A DNA stretch of 64,000 nucleotides from Eledone cirrhosa. Taxonomy: Eukaryota. A program made the position numbers and the translations under genes. Where the stretch lies: contig OZ024740.1 of the NCBI GenBank assembly GCA_964016885.1, positions 300,080,001 to 300,144,000 on the forward strand, written 5' to 3'. Numbering within the stretch: the first letter of the stretch is position 1; each line of letters starts with the position of its first letter. This document shows positions 11,916 through 26,054 of this stretch, one piece after another. A model generated the notes under the pieces. That model saw only the letters and a list, made by a program, of their open reading frames with translations. It was not told where the DNA came from and made no database searches.

Positions 11916-12681
11916 ATAAAACATGGGTAAATACTTAGAAAAACTCATCAAGAAAATCAAAAAAAGATATAGATAAATGAAATAGAAATTGAAATATATA
12001 AAAATCTATCAAGAAATATAGTTAGGTGTGTGTATATGTATGTATATACGCTCACAGATGTGCATATATGTATATGCGCACATGTATATGTATAGTGAGA
12101 AAGTGTGCGTAATTCTAAAATTTAGGGCAAATGTATCTATATGTCTGTATTATACAGACAGAAATGGTTACATCGTAAATATATGAATATGAAGGCGCGC
12201 GCATAAAACGCCTGCACACTCGTACACTTAGATGCGGAAAGAAAGGAGGTAAGGGAGTGTAATAATTAAAAGAAAAGTATCAGTCTCGATATATTTATAA
12301 AAATATAATAACGATAAATTAGAAAGAAAATATATTAGAAAGAAAAAATTAAAGAAAACAAAAAAAGGGGGTACATACATACAAAGACACGGGTGTCTCA
12401 CAAAAGAAATGTAAAAATAATTATGCTTATATACACACGCGCACTTACACATCCATACGTTCGATACGTACATACACACACACACACATACTTATACTCA
12501 CGCATATAAACCTGTTTGCATGCCCACGCATGAAACTGAGTAAGTAAAAACAGGAAAGGGGGGGGGGAGAAGAAAAAAGGAACAAAACATAAAACCGAGA
12601 TGTCAAAAACACGGATATAAAGACACGTACACATACGCATAATATATACATACACACACACACAAACACATGTACACACAC

Positions 12682-12802
<121 letters not shown>

Positions 12803-13199
12803 CATACACGCACGCGCGCGCACATACGTAGTCACTCATATATAAAAAGTATACACACATTAAGGCGTTCAGCCATATTGGTACAGGGTGTAAAAAACTT
12901 GTGGATAAATAAGTACAAATATAAGATTGTAAGATAGGCTGCGCAAAAATAAAATAAAAATAAAAATAAAAATGAAAATGAAAAATATATCTGGATTGAA
13001 AAACACAAAAGACAAGTGTAATCAGTTAGTGGAGGAAAAAGGGAAGTAAAAGAAGGGGAAGTAAAAAATAGAAAGTGGATCGGAGAATAAATGGGGGGGG
13101 GGGTGAAGTAAAAATAAAAGTAAAAATAAATGAAATTATTGACAAGGATAAAAATGAAAGTAAGTCAGAAAGGGTAATTAAAAAGAGAATAATAAGAGT

Positions 13200-13410
13200 T
13201 TATGGAGGATAAGTATCTGAAAGTGTGTTAAGTTTATATGAGCTGGAAAGCAGGTGTGATTTCATGTGTGGGCAACTGGTGAAAATTTCCGTCTTTGTGT
13301 TCAGGCAGGTCTTTGGTGATTTAAGATTTTGCAATATCCAAAATTTTTCATTTATTGAGAGCGTGCATTTTCTTGTTCCTCTAGCATATTTTTTAGATTG
13401 GTTCAAAATT
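13200..13410 (-). pseudogene. PLE GIY-YIG C-terminal fragment with pyrimidine-rich 3' UTR running to ~12900
   Basis: YARGTRKCTLSINEKFWIL...CLNTKTEIFTSCPH matches the EN C-termini of the other PLEs here. Confidence 0.75.
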
Positions 13411-13447
13411 GATATATAGTAATAATAATAAATTTGAAGACTAAAAG

Positions 13448-13498
13448 AGTTTCAGAAGATCCCGTTAAGGGTGAAAGCAGCGATTCTTTGCTTAAACT
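13448..13498 (+). ncRNA. Hammerhead-like motif with variant core CAGAAGA
   Basis: AGTTT-CAGAAGA-TCCC-GTTAA-GGGT-GAAA-GCA..TGC-TT-AAACT. A degenerate second copy at 27408-27454 has the same core. Confidence 0.65.
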
Positions 13499-13514
13499 TT
13501 AATCTGTTATTTTA

Positions 13515-13604
<90 letters not shown>

Positions 13605-13654
13605 ATGTGTGTGTGTGAGTGTGTGCGTGTGCATGTGTGTATTTATAAAGCGGG

Positions 13655-13662
<8 letters not shown>

Positions 13663-13736
<74 letters not shown>
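13663..13736. repeat. (GA)n microsatellite, representative of dozens of (TA)n, (CA)n, (GA)n, (GAA)n and (TATG)n tracts
   Basis: Directly visible. Other large tracts include (TA)n 21557-21993, 28912-29240 and 47475-47705, (CA)n 17015-17096, and (TATG)n 58654-58714. Confidence 0.99.
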
Positions 13737-13741
<5 letters not shown>

Positions 13742-14310
13742 TAGAGAGAGCAAAACCGAAAACAAGACAGAATACGGTAACAATTGGGAATATTTGTTTA
13801 ATGCTCAGAAGTGTGTGGCATTCCATAACGGTTCGCGCTTCACCATTCATCAGATAAGAAAATCACACAGAAATGATGGAAACCAGGGAGACAGGTAACG
13901 ACATATTCAGTCTTTATGTTTGCTAAGCATTGTGATGATTTAAATGTTATAATGATATAAAAGCCAAAATTTGCAAGTGGTCAAGCAATGTTTCCGAATT
14001 TTCAATCTTAAAGAATAAATTTGACAGTCTCAATAAATCAATATTTGGGTGAGTAGTTTTGTGTATCTCTAGGTAAGTAACAATATAAATACACTAACAT
14101 CTTATTTACAATATATTAAAATCTATGTGCTAAAAATGAATATTTCCAGACACAGTGTCACCTCATATTAATTTATAATTATAATAGACCCATCCGCCAT
14201 TATATTTGTCATATATACTGTTGATGTAAAAGAAATTCCTAGTTGCACAGTTATCGGCAATCGAAGAAACCCAGAGTAGCAATATATCTCAGGGATGTGT
14301 ATGCATATAC

Positions 14311-14374
<64 letters not shown>

Positions 14375-14796
14375 TAAATCATGTCCTTAGAATTATTAGA
14401 TAAAATATATACCATCTCCTCTCCTGATTAGCCTAATTAACCATATCAAAAATCAATTAGACCAAGCTATAAGAATAATTCTAAGGGCATGATTTATGAT
14501 ATATTGCTCTGATTATTTAATTTATTAATTCTTCATTGAGCCACAGCGTGACCGGTTGCAACATATATATCTATGACTTTATGTATATGTAAGCCTTTAT
14601 ATTTAATAATCTCCAGTTAGGTTGAGATACAATTGGGCGATATTGAGCCGCGCTTTCTAGCAACCAGCCTACCCGCCGTAAGCAACTAATCACATTCTTT
14701 CTAACTTGACCACTGCCACGTCCCGATTCTTAGCCATTTTTTAATCTATTTTTGGCGCGATCACTTTGGAAAACTAAATGTCTAATTTTGAGTTTT

Positions 14797-14873
14797 TCTC
14801 CTGATGAATCCGATACTCTGGACATATCCTATTAATTGTATGTCTAAAAATACGGATGAAACCATGGTAGAGA
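14797..14873 (+). ncRNA. Type-I hammerhead ribozyme
   Basis: TCTC-CTGATGA-ATCCG...CGGAT-GAAA-CCATGG-TA-GAGA. The downstream ~270 bp is homologous to the sequence after the 4259 HHR. Confidence 0.85.
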
Positions 14874-15246
14874 TATAATTACGGTATGTACACATTTCTT
14901 CTAAGTTTGAATTTACACCTAATTGGTTGACGCTATATTTAGTCAGTTTCTACATGCTGTTGAAATGTTGGATAAATACTCTATTGGGGCCAGCGCGAAG
15001 AGGCCGCTTTCGGTTATTTGTCGGAAATTTCTTCATAGGAGCATTTATTCTTATAGCTTGGTCTAATTAATATTTTATATGGTTAATTATGCTAATTGGG
15101 AGAGGAAATGGTATATATTTTATCTAATAATTCTAAGGACATGATTTCTGATATATTGCTCTGATTATATAATTTATTAATTCTTCATTGAGCGACAACG
15201 TGACCGGTTGCAACATATATATCTATGACTTTATGTATATGTAAAC

Positions 15247-15329
<83 letters not shown>

Positions 15330-15477
15330 ACATTTAATACATTGTATCGTAGAATACTTAGTGTTTCCTGATGCAAAATCTGCAGAATCATACATTTTCA
15401 AAGTAAATGAAAAATTGAGAATTGATTTGGAATTGACCTACTAAGATCAATCTCCTAATCTCCGTGCACCATGGTTC

Positions 15478-15751
15478 GGGGTCGATAAAATAAAGTACCA
15501 GTAATACACTGGGATAATTGCTGGCCTTGTGCCAAAAGTAGAAACAATTATTTCTATACGAAGGGAATGGATTGGCAGTATCGGTAGAGGGTCGGACGCC
15601 ATGCTTTCCAACATAGTTACGTCCCTTTACGATCTGAGTTCAAATCCCGCCGAGGTTGACTTTGCCTTTCATCCTTACGGGGTCGATAAAATAAAGTACC
15701 AGTGATGCACTGGGTAATTCGTGGTCTTGTGCCTAAAGTAGAAACAATTAT
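15478..15751 (+). mobile_element. SINE family 1: partial 3' copy (15478-15551) plus full copy (15568-15751)
   Basis: Tandem arrangement; both end AAAGTAGAAACAATTATYTCTATACGAA. Confidence 0.85.
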
Positions 15752-16062
15752 CTCTATACGAATTTACACGGATACATATATACGTGTATATATAATACAG
15801 TAGTATGTATATATATATACATACATGCACACATATATATATATTTGTTTACAGAAACACACCGAGCATTATAATAAATGTTCGGTAAATCCATACGTAC
15901 ATATATATATGTGTGCATGTATGTATATATATATACATACTACTGTACGTCTGTATACATATATGTATGTACGTGTACATACTTATATTTCAGTAACAGC
16001 CGTACTAAGAGTGAGAAATGAAATTTCGTTTCCTTTTTTTCCGTTTATATATATATATATAT

Positions 16063-16215
16063 AACGTAGGAAATGAGGTAAGTAACCAGGTGGACCATAA
16101 CACTACAATGTACTCGATACTGAGTAGTAGAGTGGGTAATAGGAAAAGAGTCAAGACCTCGACGGACGAGCTCCGGCCCATCCACCGCTAGCTGGGTTCC
16201 TGAATATTTTCCTAC
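16063..16215 (-). mobile_element. Family B PLE-tail mini-element, degenerate
   Basis: Homologous to 27200-27302 and 47705-47800. Shorter tails of the same family lie at 53722-53780 (+) and 58578-58630 (-). Confidence 0.65.
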
Positions 16216-16545
16216 ATATATATGTTTCGGTATTGATTTGTTTTGTGTTTCTTTTGTTCAACAATCAGTGTGTGTTATCCCAAAGAGTTATCCACGGATA
16301 ACTCCGTGGTTTCAATTGGGCCGCTGGTGGTAAATAGTCTTACCTAATAAAACACCCTAAACTATACTGATATCACAAAAGACAGCAGGAATTCTACTTG
16401 TGTTTTTCGCTTCCGCGATTTCGTTTCCTGTATTTTTCCTACGGTTGTTTTTAATGATATTATCATTGTAGCCAGATAGTCTATTTTTGAACTCAAACTG
16501 TTGTCTATTACTGCTGTGGCACACGCACACACACGCACACACACG

Positions 16546-16578
<33 letters not shown>

Positions 16579-17012
16579 ACACACACACACTCTCTCTCTC
16601 TCTCTCTCTGTCGGTATTTTCCTCCTTCTCTATTTATCCCTCTATATCCATCTATTTATCATATTTTCGCCTCCCCTTCAGTCATTAATACTGTGATACC
16701 CTTCCAAACATGTCTCTCAATCATTTTATGATTTGACTGGCGAACTGCGCAGTCATCTTCGCCATTAATAATAAAGGCTTTTGCTAGAATTAACATTTAT
16801 TAATTTAATTTACTCCTTCATTTCTGCTACGGTTCCCTACCGTCTATTTGTGTTTCTTTCGATTGTAGCAAATTCCCTGGTCCAAAGGGTCGATAACTAT
16901 TGTATATATATATATATATATATATAAATACACGTAGAACAAATATTTATTAAATTGTTCAGATTTCGGTGAAAGCAACAATTTATCCCTTAAACTTTTA
17001 ATCTATACATTA

Positions 17013-17102
<90 letters not shown>

Positions 17103-17911
17103 ACATACACACACACACACACACATACACACGCGCGCACACAAACACTCTCACACACATATATATATATATATATATATACACGCATACTTATATATAT
17201 ATACACACACATATATATGTATATATATTTATATATGAGTGTGTGTGTTTGTTTGTATGTGTGTATGGGTGTCATTGTGTATTAGATACATATCTGTATG
17301 AGTGTGTGTTTTTCCGTGTATGTACGGATTATGTATGCGTACCGGCTGTTATATTTTCTAGAAAAACATTCTTTTATAAATCTCATGCACCGTAAACCAA
17401 ATCCGTCTCGCTGTCCTGCTTTTTTTTGTCGTTACTCATCAATATACATGCATCCATATATATACACAAATCTACATACATACGTACGGACAGAAATATT
17501 TACAAATATACGTACATATATATAGACGTAGATGATTATTATATAGCATATAAATATAAAAAGAACAGAAATATAAAAAAATCCAGCAGTGATATTTATG
17601 AAAAATTATTTCTAAAGCTTCATTGATTCCAATAGCCTTCTTTGCCACAAATACACATGACGAAGTTATATTTAGAGGGTATTTAATGAGATTTTCGGTT
17701 ATTTTGTCTTTGATTTTCTGAATAATGAATAGTGGACATCAAACATAGCCTAGCATTCGCTTAACAATAAACACATTGACCGCTACCGGGTAATGAGAAC
17801 GTCAATAGAATATTAATCAATAATTTATGTATTGATAGACATTGATAGTAGCTATGGATTTATTCTGATATATATATATATTATCATTTATGTATATGGC
17901 GGAGTTATATA

Positions 17912-17953
<42 letters not shown>

Positions 17954-17956
17954 CAG

Positions 17957-18013
<57 letters not shown>

Positions 18014-20479
18014 GATTTGCGCTACTGTATTTGTTTTCTATTTGAGAGTAGAATGGTAGAGTGCTTTTGGCAATTGTCATGTTTCTTCAACGGTAAGGCC
18101 CAGCTTATCTTTTCCTTCATGTGATGTGACATGTCAATAGAGGGTTTTACTACTACAGCCACTTGTGACTAGCAACTGAACGTGGTAGCTCGCCATTTTG
18201 GTCTTTTCGTGTTAGGGAGGCGAACCCCCGCTGACGAACCGGTTCCATGCCAGGTTCCATGATGTGTACTATCATTAACTAATATTCCGCACATGGCTGC
18301 TCCATTCGGAGCAATGGCAGTAGATCGTAGCCGCGGAGAAACTGCTGCAGTAGTCCGGGTATCTTAACATTTTTACCCACACGAAGTCGCCTTCCTCACT
18401 GATTAACAAAAGCGTTTACTCTTGCTATCTGGGTTCGAATTTCAATGATACAATCTTAATTCTCCATTGAGTGAGTGATCAAACGCCCAATGCGTATATA
18501 GATATATATATAGATATATAGATATAGATATATAAATATCATGGCGTGCTTTGTTGTTGTATTTAAGTATAATTAAAATAAAAAGTTACGGGTGAAAGAG
18601 GGTATTATCCATCATCAGTTCTCTGCTAGGAATCATCGATATTTCTTCGCGTTAGAGACAAGATATCTCAGCTCAGGGAGAACAATAACTAAAATAAGTT
18701 ATTGGGATAAAAAAAAGGGGACAGAGAGAGAAAACATACGTTAACAGACACGAAAAGTAAAGCAACGTAAAGGGAGGAAAAATATCAAGTCAACAAACTT
18801 TTTTCGGACATAAGTCCTGACAAGTGTGACGAGAGAGAACAGTCATGTCTTCACTGTAGCAGTGTGAGCGAGAGAAGAGACTGCTTGCAGTGGCGGACGA
18901 GGGAGGGAGTGAGCTAGCGGAGAGAGGGTGACTAGCAGAGAGGGAGTGAGTGAAAGTAAGAGGAAGCGAGAAAGAGATAGTTAAAGTGACAGGCTAGCAG
19001 AGAGAGGTGACTGCTGAGGGGTTGAGCGAAAGTAAGAGGGAGAAAGAAAGAGAAAAGGGGGAGAGTTGATAGCCAGAAGGGAAGAGAAAAGATGGGTCAC
19101 AGAAGGTATGGAAAATTATATAAATAAAATGGCGGGCTGTATGGCTCCAATTAAGTATAATGAAAATAAAAGTTACGGTCGAAAGAGGGTATTATGCATG
19201 CTATTAATAATTATATAAATCCGCATAAACTAACTATGACATGTGTCGAACTTGTTTGTGTTTATACTAAAGCTTTCAACCTTTTAGTACTTTTCACTAC
19301 AAACGTCTTTCCGTTTTCTTCTTTCTTCATTTCTTCTTTTCTTTCTCTCATTCTCTCTTATCATATGTCTTTTCTACTTTCATTTTACTTGTTCTTTCTG
19401 TAATCCTCTCCCCTCATATATATCTTTGTATATGTATAGAGGATAAGAAGTGATATGAGGAAACTGCCATTACACTTGTTTAATTCTATGTATGTCTATC
19501 TACAATACAGATTGTGTCATGTGTATTTTAGCTTTCCAGCTTATATTCTTTCAAAAGAGAATGTGAATGTCTTTTAAGCTACATTTCTAAAAGGGTTACA
19601 ATTTCGTGGTTAGCTATAGAATAGCATCTTCAATTCTATACTACACAATAATGATGATAACAACGGCGATACGCAACCTGTTCATAAACAAGTAATTCTG
19701 TTTAGATCAACCGCAGCTGACGAAAGAAATAGTCACGAAAACATTTACATATCATTTGCGATTTTCTTTGAATGTTATATCGTGTTGAGATGCACTATTA
19801 TTTTACTATAAAAGTTACGGTCGAAAGAGGGTATTATGCACGTGTGCGTCCATCTAATATTCACACATATATGCACACCCAAATAGATGTAATGTGTATA
19901 TATGAGAAAGTTTGGGGCTCTATGTTGGCGGGGCGGGTGGTGAAAGTGTGTCGAATATTCAAATTCGACATAAACATGATAAATACAAGATTACCAGGTG
20001 GTTTATATTCACAGCATACAAGATAAATGCAGCTACTGCAATATTGTGGCAAATCGCAGTTTCGTATCTTAATAACTTGAAATGGATTATGACAAGTGAA
20101 AGCCGAAAAAATGAAATGGTATCGATATAAAATATGTCGAGCAGGAAATAATTTATACGTATTTTGCTGGTATAAAGGGCTAAATTTTAAATACTAGAAG
20201 AACAATGCACTTCAGAATGATATGTTTACAGCAATTCAATACCTTCAATACTGGAATTCAATACCTTCAGTACTTCTCCCAAAATATATTTGTGGTAGAT
20301 ATATAGGGTACCATGGATCATTTTACAACGGCTTGTTGCAGTTTGAGCGGAATTTGAATATTGGCATTAATAATTTTTCTAGAGTCATTAATTCTGTTGA
20401 ACCAGTTGTATATGCATACCAGAAACACTTACATTAATAAAGCATATGGAGGTATGTAAGTCTCTAAGTCAGAAGACTG

Positions 20480-20745
20480 TCTCAAGCCACGAAACCCACG
20501 AGACCGGCTCTTATCCCGGTGTCGTGGCGTGAGGTGACTTAAAGTACAAGACTGCTCTTGAACATGACACCAGTCTATTGCAGTGTGATACTCATTGCTT
20601 GTACTCATTTTCAGCTGAGTATACTGGAGCAAAATGTAATGCATGTTTTCCTCTAGAACACAACACACATCCAGCATAGGAAATGAACCCACGACATTGT
20701 GATCGTAGGTCCAACAATCATACTAGTAGGATATGTGCCTCCACA
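20480..20745 (-). mobile_element. Older tRNA-headed SINE (family 2)
   Basis: Minus-strand head GTGGAGGCACAT...GGGTTCATTTCC (B-box like), then TTGCTCCAGTATACTCAGCTGAAAATGAGT. A related fragment lies at ~11360-11465. Confidence 0.55.
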
Positions 20746-21552
20746 GTTAAAGGTGACTTTTAAACCGTATATCGACGTGGAGACGGTTTAATTGAGCCCG
20801 TAACAAACAAAGAAAAATAATGACATCTGACAAAAATTAGATAGAAAAAATAACTAGGTACTCCTTTCCTATTGTTGGCGGGCCTCCGGTTAGATACTTT
20901 TCTATGCCAGTTTTAGTGTACCTCGGACTAAATAACATGCTCTATAAAATGCGCGCATGGTGTAACCCGTGAGGAAGAATACAGTAATCATCCTGATGAT
21001 GAAAGTGCAACTCTACAGGGAAATATGCAACAGTAGATATTTTACAGTTAAAAAGGGGTAAACCAAAACAAAACAAAAAAAACAATGCATCTCGCTTATA
21101 AATGAACAAAATTAATCTAGCACGTAAATACTTAGAGGTTGGAGGAAACACTCCTTTAATTATAGATGAGCCCTTTAAAGAGAAAAGGCGTTCAAAAGCA
21201 AGAGAGCAAAGAGAAAAGATTTATTAAAGAATTAAGAAAGGAGCATAATATAATTTGCAAAACACATGTGCTGTGAAACTGTCAATATTCGTAGATTAAC
21301 AATCTAGTAGATGGTGAAGTTGTGGGGGAAGAAGTAGAGGGAATGAACTTTAATATGAAGAAATATATAATTTAATTCATTACCCGATTCACCTGAATTG
21401 AACCAAATGCCTCGGTTTCCAATTAAATTCAACACACGCCTTGATATGCGAAATAAATGTTATCATATAAATTTCATGCGACCATTTCCACCTACGTTTG
21501 CTACTACCTTCTTTGATATTGTTTTATGTGTGAGTGACTATGTATATACATA

Positions 21553-21649
<97 letters not shown>

Positions 21650-21732
21650 GATATATTTATTAACTTTAGTCTTCAAATTTATTATTATTACTATATATAT
21701 ATATATATAGATAATATGTATATATTCTATAT

Positions 21733-21800
<68 letters not shown>

Positions 21801-21896
21801 ACATATGTGTATATATTGTATATATATATATATATACAACGCATATATATAACGCACGCAGACACACACTGACACACATATATATATATATATATG

Positions 21897-21997
<101 letters not shown>

Positions 21998-22820
21998 AGA
22001 TGGAGAAAGCGTTAGATAGCTAAATAGCTAGAACGATAGACATGAACGTGCAAGTGTTAGGGGGTGTGAATTGAGATAATTTAATTATCCTAATAATTAC
22101 ATTCATTGGATATACTCATGCATGTGTACATGTATACAAATATACACGCAGACACACAGACACATACATGTAAATACACTCACGCACACACATGTATATA
22201 TGTGTGTGAATGTATTTATACATTGGAATATATATGTAGGTATGTAGGTGAGGATGTATGTATGTATGTATGCATGCGTAATGTCAAGTGTAGCTGTATT
22301 TATTTCCAGAAAATGGTTTTTGAACACATTTTTTTATATCTCATCCGCTATCACATATTTTCTCTCAATAAATAAACTTTCTCACATACACAGTACGCGT
22401 GTATATGAATTAGCATGACAATATATATACACACCCAAATGCGTACACATATTGAATGACTGAGTTATACAGCCAGATATACAGACATGAAGTCCATATG
22501 GAACTTCACCGCCTCTAAACGCAATTAAACATAATTAACGCTATTTTCTCTTCGAAAATGTGACCAACGCATGGCGTGTTTGCTTCATTTCAGAGTCGCT
22601 TATGCCTATTTATGTAATGGCATATCTGCAGATTTCACTTAATCATTGAATTAAATTCGATTTCTTGCAAACAAATTTCAAATTAATTTAAATAAACCTC
22701 TACCGTATCACATCGTATCTAATATTCGCTTAATTATTTTTACGTTCACCGAAATAAAATTCCTAATCAAATTATCCAATTTACCCCTCTTCGAGAGAAA
22801 AAAGATTGCATTATATTATA

Positions 22821-22864
<44 letters not shown>

Positions 22865-23685
22865 CAAATCATATGTATGTATATGTGTGGGTGAGTGTCT
22901 GTAAAACTGTGTAAAATATTGTATGTATATATACGTGTATGTGTGGCTGGGTGCGTATGTGTGTGTGTAAATATCGGTTTGTCTACGTGTAAGTGAAATG
23001 AAATTAAACCCAGTCTACTTTTAATATAATCATCATAAAGCATTCTTGAGAAACGTAGTGCAGTGATGTATATTTACTTTTATTTCTTCTCTTTGTCTCT
23101 TTTCACTATTGCTAAAACGGCCATTTCCAGGCAAGCTCTATAATCTACTAAAATGTATCGTGTATATTTATTAGCCATTGATTGGAAATGGAAATGAAAA
23201 GCAACCTTCGTAGGGTTTGAACATTCGACGTAGACGTAAAGTAGTAAACATTGTTTATGTGTTATTTTATGAAGCAAATAATTATATTATTGTTTAGCGT
23301 TATAGCAGAAACTCTGAGCTAGTGTGTTCTTGCCCTGTTTTCTGCTATACAAAGATATATCATACACCGTGTTCTTCCATTCCATAAAGAGTGATGGTAC
23401 TGGGTACTGCTGATTAAAACGCCCAATAAGCTTCCTATAAGACGTATCCTTGTAAGGGACTGGATAAACCTGCACAGGTGCGAGCTGGCAATTTCATTTT
23501 TTCCGAGGACACGATAATTTGATCTGCAATTTCTTGTCAAAATGAGCATATATTCTCCATACACTTATAATCGGTGAAATTAGAAACAAGAATTATTTTG
23601 CGTTCTGCATTGCCCTTTAGCTTCACATATGGTAAGACCTAATTACAAATACATTTCCCCGGAAAATACTTCTTATGTGTTCACG

Positions 23686-25500
23686 CCAGAGCTGTTCTGC
23701 TAGAGAACGGGTCGCAGGTGGCGAATACCATTACAGCCACCAGATATGATGGTTAGTTTCGATATAAGCGGGCATGTGACGGGCGAATAAGCGACCCAGG
23801 AATAGCAGAGGTAAACTACGGCGTGACATCTGTAGCTCCCAAAGAAACTCTCACAACCCAGTGAAGTAGCTACAGTGAGGCGAATAAAAGCCACCTCTAA
23901 AAAAGCCTAGTCTTCGCAGGATTGACAAAGTATCAAATTGGTAACTGGCGCGAATAAGGCTACCGGAACTGAAACTACAATATGATAAAGAAAACAAATA
24001 AGAACCATACCGTATCTTCCTTCGCATGGGTTTATAAGGGACGCGTTCAGCCCTTAAGAAATAGGACCTGTTCAAAGAATATATTCATGTCTCCATTTCA
24101 TGCCAAAACAACTGGCGTTGGGAACGTGAGTTGTCATAGGAAGCGTGCCTCGACGCACAAAGATTGTGTATATCTAGACCCCAAACAGCATCCGGGAGGG
24201 AGCAAATATTGAGAGGTGGAAACTAGAACATCACAACCCTTACAAGTAACAAGCAAGAACTAGTGAAGAGGGCCAGATGCTATCGTCTAGATATTGTTGC
24301 GATTTCCTTAACAAAGTCCCATGGGTGTGGTACAGTAGATTTGGATGGAGTATTGAAATAACATTATTCAGATTTGTTGCTAGAAATGACTGCACAGGTG
24401 GGAGTTGGGATACTCAGAAGGCCCCAGCTGTCAGAATGAGTTATGGACTGGATGCAAATAAGGAGGAAGGATTTGCCTATTGCAGCTTAGGCTGACAGAT
24501 AGGTCTATGTGGAAGGTGCAAATTTATCATGAAACAAGGGGTCCGAATCCAGTTCCTTCCTTGATGGAGTCACTGCAGTGGTTGATGTAGTAAAGACTGA
24601 GTCATACATCCTGATGGGAGACTTCAATGCACATGTTGGCACTGACAACCTGACATAGAAAGGAGTGTTGGGATGGAATGGGGACCCCTATCTAAACACG
24701 AATGGAGCGGCCTTAGTAGACATCTGTTCTAGCAATAGACACTCTATTATAACCACTCTCAGTCATCCATAGATATACATAGTATGAGGGGAATCAGAGA
24801 TTGAGATCAATAATCTATTTAATTATTGTCTTTGATCTCTTTGATTCTATGCTGGAAGTTCATGTTAAGAAATGTGCTGAGTTGTCAGCTGATCAACATC
24901 TAATTATCTGCAAATTGAGACTAATTAAAACCAAAGAAGCTACCAAACCTGCTAAATCCAAGACAGGATAAAGTGGAAAGCAATGGTGGATAAGGAAGTC
25001 AGGACCAGGTATACAGATACTATTGCATCCAAGTTCAGAGAACTCGCTACCATCAATTCGGTATTCGTGGCAGACCTTAGCTATGGTCATGAATCCTAGG
25101 AAATGAGATCATGAATACAAGCGGCCGAAATGGGATTCCTCAGGGTAGAGCCGCTATTTCTCCGAATCGAGAGATCACAATTCCGATACTATATACATGA
25201 GGTTAGAATGTCTCAGATAAGAACCACTGGACTGATTTTATGGGCAAAACCAACCGGCAGGCGACCCCGGGGTAGACCCCATCCAAGTTGGTTGGATAAC
25301 AACCATAAGCTTGGCTGGTCTCGCTTGGGGATCCAGTCAGATCAGCTGGAGACGGGTGGTTCTGACAGGGCCCGCTTAAAGGAGTGATTGAAGACTCTGA
25401 TTCACGACCCTCTCATGAATAAGTGGACCCAGCAGAAGAAGAAGAAGAAGAAGAAGAAGAAGAAGAAGAAGAAGAAGAAGAAGAAGAAGAAGAAGAAGAA
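23686..25500 (+). mobile_element. RTE-clade LINE with 5' UTR, APE endonuclease relic, RT deleted, C-terminus and (GAA)n tail
   Basis: NITTLTSNKQELV..RCYRLDIVAIS, ILMGDFNAHVG, LSADQHLIIC, then AAEMGFLR..RIERSQ..GRRPRGRP. (GAA)n at 25435-25500. The 5' end is shared with the copy at ~52610. Confidence 0.8.
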
Positions 25501-25903
25501 AATCTGGTCATCGGCACCTATTTTAATATTCTCTTTGAACAACGAAGCAACGGGCAGGCTTGATAATTTTATCTTTCTCACATAAAAGTCGATTGTGTTT
25601 ATAATATTGGTTGTATGAAACTGTTGGATTTTCTCACTTGCAATACATTTTCTCTATTCGCACATAAAGAAGTCAAGATTTTTAATTCAGTCAGTTCTAA
25701 CATAAGCTGTCAGAATACAAACAATTGTGGTTATCGATTTTTTTGGATTTGTACAGTTGGTAGTATATCTAGTAAATACGCAACTCCAGTTAATTATGTC
25801 AATTTTCCTATCTAGAAAATGTGGATGTCAATTGAAATAGAAAACTTGAACTTAACACACATAACAAAACGGGTTAGCTGTTGCAAATATTTACGGACGA
25901 ACC

Positions 25904-25941
<38 letters not shown>

Positions 25942-26003
25942 ATATATATAAATATATGTGTGTATATATATATATATGTGTGTGTATATATATATATATA
26001 TAA

Positions 26004-26052
<49 letters not shown>

Positions 26053-26054
<2 letters not shown>

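Noticed and set aside
13795-13860. Minus-strand CTGATGA with ATGGT/ACCGT stem
   Set aside because: GAAT instead of GAAA, extra bases and no convincing stem I; at best heavily decayed.
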